Below, one piece after another: positions 26,940 through 39,839 of a stretch of 64,000 nucleotides of DNA; position 1 is the first letter of the stretch, and the number at the start of each line of letters is the position of its first letter. Under the pieces are notes generated by a model. The model saw only the letters and a program-made list of their open reading frames with translations. It was not told the DNA's origin and ran no database searches. The stretch is from positions 36,892,001-36,956,000 of the forward strand of contig CM052818.1 of the NCBI GenBank assembly GCA_028534125.1. The letters run 5' to 3'. A program made the translations under genes and the position numbers. This DNA is from Lama glama (Eukaryota).

Positions 26940-27890
26940 CTGAAATATGATTTAAGGAGCAGCATTAAGAATTGCTGCTCTAGCCATTAAAACTATGATG
27001 TAGCTGCACATTTATCGACATTGAGAGATATTCACATTATGTTAGCGTAAAAAGTGGGTTACAGAATAGGATATAAAGTATGATCCTATTTTGGTTTTAA
27101 AAAAGTATGTGTATTTGTATGGGAAAAGTCTGGGAAGACATACTTGCATAACCACAGCGGGAAATAAATAAGGAAAAGGATAAACACACCAACAAAAATG
27201 AGCAAAACATATCAGTATATAATTCATAGAAAAGAAATGCAAATACACAAAAATAAAGGAATATTTTATACTTCATTTGAAAGGGCAGAAACATAATTTA
27301 AAATGATAATGAGATTCCTTTATTTTTGTTTATCAGCTTGGCAAAAATATTTAAAATATAAGGATACCCAGTGTTCACGACGGAGAAGACAAAAGGCAGA
27401 CCCGTACATTGCTGGTGGTGGTTTATTTTAGCACAAATTTTAAAAAGAGTATGTTTACAACTTTATTAAGGTGTAATTAACACAGAAAACTGCACACAGC
27501 ACACTGTGCATAGTGTAAACAAGGTGTACTCTATTTAAAGTGTATGATTTGATAACATTTGACATAAGTATATACTCATGAAATTATTACAATCATCAAG
27601 ATAATGAATATACCCATCACCCCCAAACGTTTCTTCCTGCCGTTTGTATTTCTTTCCTCCTGCACTTCCATGTCCCACCCCCATCCCAGGCATCCACTGA
27701 TCTACTCTCAGTCAATATAGAGTGCATTTTCTGGAATTTTATACAAGTGGAACTGTACCCTACATACCCCCTTTTTGTTCTGGCTTCTTTCATTCATCCA
27801 GCATGATTATTTTGAGAGTCCTCCATGTTATTGCACGTACCTATAATTCACTTCTTATTTATAGCTGAGTAGTATTCCTTTATATAAATA
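26940..27890. mobile_element. L1ME fragments (+) with an inserted L1MB/MC 3' end (-, ~27460-27890)
   Basis: ctttattaaggtgtaattaaca..aagtgtatgatttgataac..atcaagataatgaata..gctgagtagtattcc. Confidence 0.7.
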
Positions 27891-28734
27891 TTACCATGCT
27901 TAAAAAAAAAACTCTATGTGTTAGATTCTGTTTTTATCCCTCTTCGTAAGAGTAGGAAGCTGAGTTTAGAGAGCTAAATTCACCCAAGGTAACTCAGATA
28001 TTAAATGATAGAGACAGAATTTGAACCCAGACGCTCTTACTCTAGAATTCCACATTCCCAATCACAAACTTTGAAATATTGTTCATATGATTTAGAAATA
28101 TTTTAAAATCCCATCAATAGGGAAATGACATAGTTCTTTTACATTTGTGTAATAAAATTCATGCAAGCATTTAAAAATGATCTTGTAGAAGAAAATTTGA
28201 AAAAGACTTTAAGGATATGTAATAAAATAACCCTGGTTATCCCAGGTGATGAAATCATGGTAACGTTAATTTTCTTTTTCTTTTTTTCCCTTCCTTAGAG
28301 TTTCCAGATCTCTTAACTTTGCTCATAAAGAAAAATAAGTAAATGAATGGGATTGCAGCCTCAGAGGCTTCCCTGTCCATCAGCCATGAATGAGATCTAA
28401 AACTGGACTTTTGGCCTACATTTCTGATGTTTGCAGCTTTCTTTTTCTTTCCCATTCTCATCTTTTCCATCTTTTCAGATTTTAGTCTGTCCTTTGTGGT
28501 CCAGCTCATGTTCAAATTCTCCTGGGCAGTCTTTTCTGATTACATCTACCACCATTTTCCTGCAGCACATAGCAGTCTGGATAGGAGCATTTAACTCATC
28601 TAATGATTGTCTTTGGGTGTTGTTCCTCTCTTCCGAGTCTGATTATGAACTCCTTGAGGGCAGTGCCTGACTCTGTGTGATCATATTTCCCCTTCTCTGG
28701 CCCGGGGCCATGGTGAGCACATCATGATGATAAC

Positions 28735-28985
28735 ATACCCTTTTCTGAGCGTAGGGCCACACAGTGACAAACTGCTTCCTTGGCTATTGGCTCATTTCAA
28801 CCCTTTAGCAAACCCTCTGCAGTAGTGGTGGTTGGCGGGGGGAGGTCTTGTAACGTCTGTTTTATAGGGAAGTGTTCTGAAGCCTAGACTGGGTGAGCAA
28901 CTTTCTTGAATATCACAACCAGTAAGTAGCGGAGCAGGAATTAAAACACAGATATCCCAAGCGCGAGCCGTGGTTCTTTCTACTC
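28735..28985 (-). mobile_element. MIR SINE
   Basis: caactttcttgaatatcacaaccagtaagtagcggagcaggaattaaaac. Confidence 0.65.
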
Positions 28986-29189
28986 TTTGAAAGGCTGTGG
29001 GAATGGTCATGAAGCCTAGATTCCAAGGCTGAGCTCTCCCTTTCTACCTTGCTCTGGTCTGACTCCAGCCTCTTGTCCCGGCTGCCTCTGGCTGCTTTTT
29101 TTTTTTTTTCCTGGCTGAGGTGCTCACATGAACCTAGAGGCCATCAGAGCTTCTCCCTGGATTATCTACCCAGTGGGTTGGAAGACATT

Positions 29190-29885
29190 TGTTTTTTTTT
29201 TTAATTGAAGTACAGTCAGTTTACAATGTTGTGTCAATTTCTGGTGTACAGCATAATGTCTCAGTCATACATATACATACATGTACTTTTTTCATATTTT
29301 TTTCATTGTAGGTTAATACAAGATATTGAATATAGTTCCCTCTGCTATACAGAAGAAACTTGTTATTTATCTACTTTATATATAGTAGTTAATATTTGCA
29401 AATCTCAAACTCCCACTTTATCCCTTCCCACCCCCTTTTCTCACGGTAACCATAAGTTTGTTTACTGTGTCTGAGTTTGTTTCTGTTTTGTAGATAAGTT
29501 CTTTAGTGTCTTTTCTCTTTTTTTAGATTCCACATATGAGTGATATCATGTGGTATTTTTCTTTCTCTTTCTGGCTTGCTTCACTTAGAATGATGACCTC
29601 CATGTCCATCCATGTTGCTGCAAATGTTATTATTTTATTCTTTTTTATGGCCAAATAGCATTCCATTGTATAAATACACCACGGCGTCTTTATCCAGTCA
29701 TCTGTTGATGGACATTTAGGGTGCTTCCATGTCTTGGCTATTGTAAAGAGTGCTGCTATGAGTGGTGCATATATCTATGTAAAGAGTGGTGCATATATCT
29801 TTTTGAATTAGAGTTCCTTCCAGATATATGCCCAGAAGTGGGATTGCTGGATCACAGGGTAAATCTATTTTTAGTTTTTGAGGAA
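29190..29885 (-). mobile_element. Young 5'-truncated L1 with target-site duplication
   Basis: poly(T)+aattgaagtacagtcagtttacaatg; TSD ggaagacat(t/c)tg(t/c)tttt at 29180 and 29886. Confidence 0.9.
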
Positions 29886-30129
29886 GGAAGACATCTGCTT
29901 TTAAAAACTAAGCACATCCTCTATTATTGGCTCACTCTTTCCAGGCCCCAGGAAGTGAATTCTTAATTTCCCTCTGCCATTGCTCGGGACTAATTTGAAT
30001 GTCCTGGGCCTGTTTAGTTGGTTTCCAAACCTGAAGGAATTTGCAGCTCAAGCCTGTGCTTCTCTGGGCAGGATAAAGTGCCCTTTTCTCTCCCCAGTGA
30101 ATAAACAGCTTTTCTGTTGGAAATTCCCT

Positions 30130-30420
30130 CCTGACCTCCCCACTGTTAACCCCACAATTGTCTAATGTGGTGCATTTTGACCGTGGAATTTATAGATTTT
30201 AGTGGTCTAAGTGGATGCTTTCCTGGATCCCGGGAGAAATTGGCCGCTGGTTTGAAAAAGAGCTGCATGCCCCTGATGCCCCTAGTAGACTGGGAGGGCA
30301 GACAGCAGACAGAACAAGACACTGGGGCCTCAGCCAAGAAGGTGGCTTTAGACAGCGGCTGTGGTTTTGGTTCCAGGCCTAGGTTTACTGACCACTCACC
30401 CACTTTGCCTTTTTTGAGCT
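30130..30420 (-). pseudogene. Fossil segment homologous to the PKD1 exon-11 region
   Basis: GEWSVNLGLE..AEAPVSCSVCCLPSQSTRGIRGMQLFFKP versus PKD1 GEHVVDVVVE..AEEPICGLRATPSPEARVLQGVLVRYSP, in one frame (ORF 30146-30403). Confidence 0.7.
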
Positions 30421-31959
30421 CAGCAGGGAGGAGAGCCCACTCTCATTCACTCCTTTTCTAGAAATTTTGGCCTCCCTGTTGTATCCTCCCTGGTCCATGT
30501 AACCGCCCAGACTCGTGCTCAGGAGCGCCTGCCTCCTCATTTTGACTCATCCTGCTTTTTCCCACTTCTTACCTCTGATAAAGTGGCAACTCTCCTCCTT
30601 CTCCGAGTGGCCCATGGTTCTCTGGCTCTCTAGGTTTTGCTCCACTCTTCCTTCTCCTTCACAGGTTCAAGCTCTGCTCTGTCTTGGAGGCTTAGCTCAA
30701 GTTCCTACTTCCTCCAGGAAGCCTTCCTGGTAAATCCCACCCCATCAGTCTTTTCCCCTCCAGAGAGCTCACTCGGGCGTTATTGTATTCGGTTGTCACT
30801 TTAGCATGACACTGCTTCCTTCTCTCGCTTCTTCATGGCCGGGCAGCATGTGTTTCAGTAGGCTGCGAATGACCCAAGGGCAGGAGTGTTTCTGCGATGC
30901 CTCACTCAGTGCACCCAGTAACTGATCAATGGCCTGCATTGTCAAGGTGTTGTGCAATCGCTTTAATGATAGCATCTTCTGATACTGAGGTGTTTGTTCA
31001 GATGAGAGATAATGAGAACTCTAGTCGTGGGGTAGAGAATAAGGTGTTCAGGGGTTAGGGTAGATAGTGCTTAGAGTTCACGGCTATTGGGGAATGGAGG
31101 GAGGAGGGGAGAGATTTGAGAATTATCCAGGGTTTGGTTTCAGCAGCTTGGAGGCTCATGAGCTCATTCATCAAAACAGGAATCTAAGAAAAGGAGTGTG
31201 TGTCTGTGTGTGTTGCACATATGTGTCCGTGCTGTGCGTGTGGTATATGTGGGTGTGTGTGTGTGGAGGGGGTTGTGGAGATGATGCATTCCATTTGGAT
31301 ATGTTACATTGGAGGCATGTGCAACTGCAAACCTCCCTTGGGCCAGGAGTCTTGGATAGAGAGCTATTCCTCAGAGATTCCAGCTTCTTCTGTGTGTTAG
31401 CCAGGAGAAGAAAGAGCCAGAGCAATGAGGGAGCCAAAGTCTTAGTAATGCTGAGAGTCGAAGTCAGGAAAATCGATGCACTGTGTGTTGTCTGGCTTCC
31501 CTCCGAATCCCCATGCAGGTCACCTTTGACAGGCTGGTCATGGGCTGCTGGCCTCCAATATAGAAAAGAATGGCTTTTTCCTTGGGACAATCAGCCATAT
31601 TAGTTTCAATATTATTAAAAGGTGACATATACGTGGGAAAATTTGAATTCTTCTGTGCATCACAAAAATGTGCCCAAGAACCTTTTATTCTAGTATGTTC
31701 TATCTGGGATGAAATATAGTACTTTTAATGACAAGTTCGTTGAGTTACCTTTTCTTTTTTGAGTCTAATGATTGAAATTCAAACAACTCAGCAATCATTC
31801 CTGTCACCTCCATCTAATTTCATATTGCGGAAGACAATGTTATCTGAGGGAAGGCAAATACATAATTCAAGTTTAAATTTAATAGGGAATAGAGATTTGA
31901 AGATGAGAGGGACTTTGCCATGGTCTAGAGCGGCTCAGGCTTTCTCGAGCTAGGGCCAG

Positions 31960-32665
31960 GCATGTCTGAGGGCAGGGGGACAGGACATGGGGGTTCAGCA
32001 GCTGGATGGCATTCTGGAGGGGATGCTGTGCGGTGTCATGACACCATAGGCACTGCCCTTGGGAGTCAATAGCCTCCATGGCTCAGAGTTTGAGTCCCAG
32101 AATTAAAAATGAAACCTCTTTGTTCTTACTCTTGGATTCCTCTGGCACTCTGTAAATCCCCATCCTGGAATTTTTCAGCCCTGTGGACAAAGAGCTCCTG
32201 AATGGGGGAATATAATCTTCAGCCATCCTCACAATCCCTTAAATACAAAAGCCAAAGGCACGGGGCATTTTTGCCAATCTTCTCTAGATGAGCGTAATGC
32301 TATGAACAAGCATGATAACCAGCCCCAGGGAACAGCAACCATATCCTGGTTAAGTTACTCCCTGGCGTGGCCCAGTTGGTAAAGGGAGAAGGCCAGGCCC
32401 TGGAGGGGTGCCAGCTTGCCCGTGGCCAGGGCTTTGTTGGTGTCATGCAGCCTGATGTGGTCGCTGCTTTCAGTCTGTGCGCTCAGACACCCAGTAGTCT
32501 CTTTATATACCGGGGTGGCCAGGGCCTCAGAGGAGAAGATACTCATCACGTGGGCCTGTTGTGTAAGTGGGAACCAGATCATGCATTTCCAATGGCAGAT
32601 GCGTAGATGGTGACTAGAATGCTTCAACTTGTCACTCAGGGCAGGCCGATCTCTGGACAGTGCTT
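31960..32665 (-). pseudogene. Fossil C-type lectin domain exon and following PKD1-like segment
   Basis: Acceptor catccttccag (G at 32666); CP-x9-(*=C), AHVMSIFS, I(R/G)LHD, QGLAFSL (PKD1 QGEAFSL), TNW, C-x5-FV(F/C)K ending 32238; then AEDY...EVSFLILGLKL-SH (PKD1 AENL...EVMVFPGLRLSR) and QHPLQNAIQL. Confidence 0.7.
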
Positions 32666-33399
32666 CTGGAAGGATGAGATGTTACCTCAAACTGCTGAGT
32701 GGAATTAGAGCTGAGGAATTAGAGCCAAGGGGGAGACTTGATTTGGGCCTTGGTGGAGTCTGAGGGACACTCCCAGCTGAGAGAGGAGGGCACCTCCCTG
32801 GTGGCCAAATGTCCAAGCCTCATGCTGGGCCTCCCTCTCAGGCACTGCTGGACACATGTCCTAAACTTGAGCTGTCATTTCATAGCCCAGGCTCCCTGAG
32901 GCTCCACCCAGGCATGTCAGTGGTTAGCATCTCAGCCTGGTTCTGACAGATCGGATCCTGGCTTCCTTCTGTGGCTGGCTTAGCTCTTCCCGGGCAAACT
33001 GACTTAGCTTGATACCCAGAAGTTCTCTTTATTTACAAGTTTTGGGATAATCTGCACCCTCCCCCCTTAAATTAAGATTATACAAATCAAGGCCATTGTG
33101 ACGTGGAAACTTGGAAAAAGTACAAAACAGATAAAAATACCATAAAAATAGGATACACAATTTTATGTAACCTCTTACAGCTGTAAAAAAAAATGTGTAT
33201 GTGGAGAAGGAGAACCAGAGATGATGGAAAAATGGAAACTTGACAGGATCAGATAGTAGGGTTTTGTGTGTGACATTATAAATATGTTTTCATCATCAAT
33301 GACAAAAAAAAAACAAACCCACAAAGCCTTGATTTTTATGTCCAAACAGCCGTGAGGGGGCCATCCGTTCATCTGGGTCAGAAGAGGCTGGAACCTGCT

Positions 33400-33700
33400 T
33401 CTCGCCAGAGCAGACCCCTCCTCGGATTCCAGCCTCTGCGGTCAGAGTCTTCACTTTCTGCCTAAACACACACCCTGCCTTGCCCAGGCCCCACTGGGGG
33501 CGGTGCAGGTTCTGGGGAACTCGTTTTGCAAACTCCAGTGCTGGGAGTTCTGACGGGTCTGAGGTCAGTGCCTTGCCACGAAGCCTGGTGATTTCTATTT
33601 CAGTCAGATTCTCAGGCTTGAGCTCCTCAAAAGGGAGATCACGATGGGGACGCAGGCTTTCAACCCCCAGCACCAAAACAGAAAAATATGTTTACGTCAA
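33400..33700 (-). pseudogene. Fossil segment resembling the PKD1 region between the first PKD domain and the lectin
   Basis: LGVESLRP..ELKPENLTEIEITRLRGKAL versus PKD1 VQVEAAP..SVQSDESLDLSIQNRGGSGL; weak, supported mainly by position. Confidence 0.4.
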
Positions 33701-34399
33701 GCCCCACCCATGAGTGTGAATCTCTTTTTCTGATGGACCCTTCTGTTACTCAGCTCTCTCTCCCTTTTCCTCTCCTCTCTCCCTAAACAAAGAACCCCTG
33801 TGTTTGTTTACTTGATCAAGTGAGATATAATCAGTGAAAGTTATCTGTAAGACACAGAGCGCTGTGCAATGGAGAGGGTTACTCGTGGCTCTTTTGCCAG
33901 CGCCTATTTTGAAGGATCTAACCAAAGCATTATTTTATAAAAGAATTAATACCATAGAATTCTAATATATGTCTGTTCATCAAGGGAGGTGGGAAGTTAG
34001 TTGAGCAAAGCAGAAAACAGACTCGGTGTTGGAAAAATCACTTTGGCATATTAGAACCTTGAACGCATACTGATTCCTTGGGTGGCTGGTGTTGAGGCGG
34101 GGGTGGAGCACCTGGTGGGGAAGTGTCTGGAGAGCAGGACTCAAGTTCTCTTAGACACTTATGCCTTAGTGTCCTCATATGTAAAGTGAGGGGGTTGACT
34201 GTGTGATCTCCGAAGGTGCTTCTAGGTATGTGTGTCTAGGCGTTTCTGACCCACAAAATCTTAATTGAGATATTTGGTTCCTAATATCTGATTGGTCTGT
34301 ATTTTGTATTTATACTTACCATATGTATTTGGTAAGTCTGATTGTTCATCACAGTGAGACACAGTTAGTCACAGGTTACTTTTGTACAATGGCCACAAC

Positions 34400-34660
34400 T
34401 TAGAGTTAGAAATCCAGGGGAAGCGTTGCAGAGTCTGAGATTTGTGGTTTCTTTTTTATTGGAAGTTCTCGTTTGTAACAGAAAGTTGCAGAGGTACACT
34501 CTGGGGTCGGTACCCAGAGCAGACAGAGAATTTCCTATTCCATGCCTGGTGGGCAGGCAGAGAGATATCACAGCATGAAAGATGGAAGAGGTCGAAGACA
34601 AGAACCCAATGTGGTGAACACAGCCAGGGCCCAGGTTTCTGCCAGGAGAAAGTTTGGCCT
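34400..34660 (-). pseudogene. Fossil WSC domain
   Basis: GPGC...SLC..GNSLSALGTDPRVYLC (34535-34488) versus PKD1 WSC FC..GQGLAALSEQGWCLC. Confidence 0.5.
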
Positions 34661-37600
34661 CTCGGGATGCATCGGTGGCCTCAACCCATAAAACGATCAT
34701 GGAAATCTAATTCTAGTACTTTTCATGGGTCTGAGCATATAATGTCTCCTCACATAAAAAGATGCCCTCGAGGAGAAAAACCAGGATGAAGTATTTTATT
34801 TTTATGCATTGTGGGTCCTCTGCTGAAGAAAGCCAAAGAAGTTATGGGGTTGGTTAAACTTAAATTGTGGTTAGGTATTACCCACAGATCAGAACATTAA
34901 CTGATGATTCAAATTCCCTTGTGTCTTGCTAGGGTAGCTGAATGGGGCTTTGATGGATATGGCTGCAGTGTGATGTGTTTCATTGCATGTCGTTCTAAGG
35001 TCATGTCTGTGCCTTATATTTAATGTTATGTAGAAGTTTAAGAATTATATGTGTCCATAAAGTGTTAGGTAGTATCAGTTGTTATGTATATATGTGTACA
35101 CAAATATATATGGCAAGTGTAAATACAATCCAATTTGGTGGGGAAGCCTTCAAACAGGAGCAAGGTTGAAATTCTTATTTAAGCTTTATAGCAGGTTTAC
35201 AAATTTCCTTGTGCTCTTGTTAACAGTCGTCCTTGACCCTAGAGGGCTGAGTCATTGGGTGATGCTGCATATCCCATACCTCCAGGCTCATGTTTGCATA
35301 TGGCACTGTGGAAGGGTCAACTGGAGCTGAGATGGCCTGGATAAGGCTCATCTTTTATTGAACAGGCTTGACTGGAGGCACCAACATAATGTCTAGACCC
35401 AAATCTCAGCATTGTTACTACCTGCTGACAGCATCACAGTAACAAAAAAGATAAGTTCCATTCAAAGATTGTTGAGAACCCACTGTTGACAGCACCTACC
35501 GAGGATTTGAAACTGATACCAGCTGTAGCCCTTGACCTGAGGAATTTATTGTTTCTGAGTTCTGGAGGTTGTTGGAGTTTGCATAGTCTTCGTAAACAGA
35601 CTTAGAGAGATAAGTACAGCTGATGGGTCATTGGAGGAGGGAAAGGAGAGAAAGCTTGGGGAACACATGACCAGGAAGCCCAGATCTGCTGCTGGGGGGG
35701 AGGCTGGGGGCATCCATCATAATTTTGAGAATTTTCCTAAAGTAGAATATTGAGACTTCAAAAGAGGGAAAGAAGCAAAAATGATGCAGGAGAACAAATA
35801 CATTTCTAGTAAGATAGTTCAAAAATGTTTGCAGTTCAGTCTATTTCTAGATTTTAATCTGGGATAGAGCTGGACCATGGTAATCATGGATGTTTGGTCT
35901 TGAGCCACGGAGGATTGGGTCCCCCAGCCCAAGAGCCTCAAACTGATACCCAAGGCCTCTGATTCTTTTGAGTGGCTTTTGGAAAATGTCCACATGAGGA
36001 GATTATATCATAACGAAAAGATCTTTTTATTTTGTTATTATTTATTTCTAAATAGCCTTGGAAACCCAAGAGTAAAGATCATAAGCATTATCAGAATGCC
36101 AGGAAAAAGTAATGCGAAACATACAATTAAAATATTTACCGAGGTACCATGTGTGATGTGGTTCACTCCTTGTAATTATGTATGTGACATGTATGAAGTA
36201 TGTTTTATTATCCTAATTTTATAGATTAGTCATTAATTAGGACAGCAGCCGAAATGGAAAGCATGGTTAAACAGGTTAAGAACTGAACTGTCAAACGTGG
36301 CGCACTGGTTAATGGCGGGTTGTTGATGGATACTATCTGGCTGGTGGGTCTTCGATAAACTCTACATTGACTTTGACTCAGAGAAAAGTCTTGGATAAAA
36401 ACAAATTTATCAGAAATAAACATCACAATATTGTGTTTTAAATCTCATGTATAAAAATTCAACTATAGAGTACACATATAATTTTCCCCTTCTTTTTAGG
36501 TCCCTTTGATTTTAAAACTGCTGTAACAATCACAGTCAATTTTAAAGTGTTGATGATAACAATACTGTCCTGAATTTTTATAGAGACTTTTTCTTGCAAG
36601 GACCTTGAAGTGCTAAAAATGTTGTCATCCATATAGGCAAACCTTGGGAATATCTAATTTAGCAAATGTCAGTGATAAATTCTTCTGGTGCCATTCTCCA
36701 TGTCTTTGAATATATTAGAACGCCCTGGAAATAAGAATGTTTATTCTGCAGCAATTGACTGCTGGTAATATGGTTAGTTGGTATAATTCCACTTGTATTT
36801 ACTGTTTATCTTTTAAATAGCTGCTGGGATTAAAAAAAATCCTTTATGTTTTCTTCCTATTTCTAAAGTGGTAGGTATTACCCACTGTTCAGTGCTTTCT
36901 CCAGGTGGGCTAAGGAAACACTGTCTTTAGCTAACTGCATCCTTATGCTGCTGAGCACCCTTTCACAAACAAAACTAGAATTAGAATAAAAATTGGAACT
37001 TTAAAAGTCCAAAACACACAGTTCCTGCGCAAACAGAAAGGAGCAGAAACCGCAAGGTCACGTAAAGGAGTGAAGGATGCTGGGAGCAGATATCATGGAC
37101 CTGCCTGGGCTCTGCTAAGTCCGCTCACCCATTAACTGCCCAAGCTGGTCCTCGTTGGAGACTCCTGGGATGAGACTGAGGGTGTCCCTTTTTTTTTTTT
37201 TTTTTTTTTTGCAGATGACAAAGTCATTCTGTTTCACTGGGTGATTCCAAACAGTTCAGTCTTTGCTCTTTATTTCAATTTCCAATGACTTAATTAGTGG
37301 CAACTAAACTTTGTCCACAATAGCAGCATTATGTTTGAGTCAATTAAGTGCCAGACAGTGTCATTAAATGGGATAGCGCAGATGGTAGGATCTGTGGGAG
37401 CTGGCAAGCTGGGCTCCTCAGGGATGCGTCAGGGCCTGGCCTCAGATCCCTGTCCCTGTGCCCTCCGCTGCCCACTCGCTGGTGGCCAGATTCCTCACTC
37501 TTTCCCACATCAGTGCCATCATGCCCTCAGGCCGTCTTCCCGCCCCTCTCACAGATCTAAAGCCTCTCTACTCCTTAAGTTCCAGCATAGATCACTTCCT

Positions 37601-38319
37601 CCATAAAACCATCTCCTATTCCCCTGCTCATTGTCAGCCCCCAGTGATATTGACAAGAACCCTGATTATACTTGGGGAATAGCTATTTGTTTCTGTATCT
37701 GAGGGTGGATCTGTTAAGTCTCAGCCCAGGCAGGATATAAGGTAGGGACATGCCTGGATTACATTTGGGAATAGGACTTAATTGCAAAAGTCTTTGGGAG
37801 CCTGAGGAAAGAAGGGGAGAGGGCTCATCTCCAGGAGGCTGGCTGGGGCCTGCCTTGCCGGGTGGGGGCACCAAGGATTCTCAGACCTTGGAGACAATGG
37901 CAGATGTGCTCAGTATGGGGATTGGTTGACCAGCATCCTGGGACTGAGTGATGCCCCACACCCACAGTGATCTTCGGTGTGGCCCTAGATTCTTAATCCC
38001 CAAAGGGAGGACCTGCTTGCACTGTGTAGAGGCCCCTGATCCTGGGTGCCTTTTCCAGGTGGAGCTCGGACATATCAAGAGAGTCATGGCTGAAAGGCAA
38101 GGAAGGGTGGGGATGTGGTCCTGTAAAAGTCCAGAGAATTAGGATATCTGTTTAATTCAGTACTCAAGTGATCATTGTTAACGTTATGATTAATGCTGGG
38201 ACCAGAACCATCCTGGGCAAACTAGGTGGGTGGTCCCCTGACCCAGAAGCCACCCAGTGTGATGACCATCCACAGCCTCTCTCTCCCCTGTCTGGCTCAC
38301 TGCCGGTTTAGATGTCCCA

Positions 38320-39254
38320 CTGTGCAGATGGAGAGAAAAGAACTTGCAAGAGGGTCCTGGAGTGGTTGATGGATGCAGATGTAGCCATGAGCTCACACCT
38401 GTGTTCCACCTTAGTGGTGAGAAGGAGCCCCACTGGTGACACCCCTCAGCCCTCCTGCACAGGGACCGGTTTCCTGGAAGTGCCTGAGCCGTGCCGTCTC
38501 TTCTAGGACAGGCAACTGCAAAGCCACTGCCCTGAGAAAAGGACTCGGAGCCCCTCGGAGCCCTGCTGATGTATGGGCCTGAAGGCCTAAAGTCGTGAAT
38601 GCGCCAGAGGGTCTCTTCTGCTGTCCACTGGCTCCACCTGCAAGGTTGTTCTCGGGTCTCAAAGCAGCAAGCTGCCTCTTCTCGTGAGGGCCCTACCCCA
38701 CGCTGTTGCCCCGTTTCCCCCTGAATTCCAGCAACGTGTAGGGCGTTCACGTCACCAGAGTCATTTTCCAAATGAACAAATTGTGTTTTCTTCTTCGTTG
38801 AACCTGATATTTGAGCCAATCTGTGCAGGCAATTTCCTCCTCTTTGTTTTGCTGACCCTGAGCACTCTCTCAGCCCCACAGTAATTATAGGGCCTCGCCT
38901 GCCGCTGGGAGTGCAGTCCTGTTCAACAACAGTGACGATTTTGCTGAACATGAAAAGAAAAAGGCCCCGATTCCCGGGTTTTGTCTCCCTTTCCGATTCT
39001 GGTTGTTTACAAAGGCTTCATTTCAGTGTTGAGTTAGAATTTCTGGCGTCGCATGGGAAGCCACGGCCTGTGGCCTCTCCCTCCAGAGAGAGGCGGACGG
39101 CTCCCCGGGGTGTGTGTGTGAGGACAGCAGCCCCCCAAGGACAGGCTCACCTCGCATGTCACACACACCCCTTGTTGCTGCTCTCCACGCATGTACATCA
39201 GGACAGCATTGAGAGTCTGTCCTGAGGCTCGGAAGGGGACAAGGGAATTATCAT
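38320..39254 (-). pseudogene. Fossil single-exon LRR module (NT, about 8 LRRs, CT)
   Basis: Strong acceptor ccttccctttctccttgcttttcaag (G at 39255); CP..CTCVESSNK-VCDMRG, QAVASHA, GIGAF, VLRVSK(T)K..KLPA, QLAALR(P)ENN..SGAF, LPGNRSLC....HQW, AT(S)AS..LLQV..IC. Overlaps the 253-aa ORF 38190-38951. Confidence 0.65.
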
Positions 39255-39468
39255 CTTGAAAAGCAAGGAGAAAGGGAAGGATGTGGCCGAGTAGAAAGGG
39301 TCCAGGACTGGGAGAGACTCTCCCGACACATTTATCCCACCTTTTGCACAGGGTCAAACACTTATTCAGCAGCCTTTCTGTTTTCTATCCACCCATCTAT
39401 CCATCTGTCATCAGCCCTCTCTTCTACCTGGCCCACAACATTTATTAAGCACTTAGTTTATTAGTGGT

Positions 39469-39839
39469 TATTATAAGCTGACTTGTGTTTTCCACAAAAC
39501 TTGTATGTTGACCTCCTAACCCCAGGAGCAGAGATTGTGACTGTATTTGGAGACAGGGCCTGTATAAGAGGTAGTTAAGGTAAGATGAGATCATGTGTGT
39601 GGCCCTTAATTCAGTCTAAGAAGTGTCCTTCTCAGAAGAGATTAGGACAGAGACACACACAGAGGGAGGACCATGTGAAGACACAGGAAAGAGACGGCCA
39701 CCTACAAGCCAAGGGGAGGGGCCTCAGAATGAAATCAAACTGAATGAAATACCTTGATCTTAGACTGAGAAAATAAACTTCTGTTGTTCAAGCCACCCAG
39801 ACTGTGGCATTTTGTTCTGGCAGCCCTAGCTGACTGACA
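39469..39839 (+). mobile_element. MLT1B-like MaLR solo LTR
   Basis: gtgactgtatttggagacagggcc..ccatgtgaagacac..aataaacttctgttgttcaagccacccag..gcagccctagc. Confidence 0.9.

Noticed and set aside
32790..32810. CTCF-like motif tggccaccagggagg (minus strand)
   Set aside because: The 3' half deviates from consensus; unsupported without data.
38500..38830. WSC domain (SFSQGSGFAV) and LRRCT (NIRFNEEENTIC)
   Set aside because: Other frames give continuous LRR periodicity up to a later LRRCT; a better WSC match lies at 34.5 kb.
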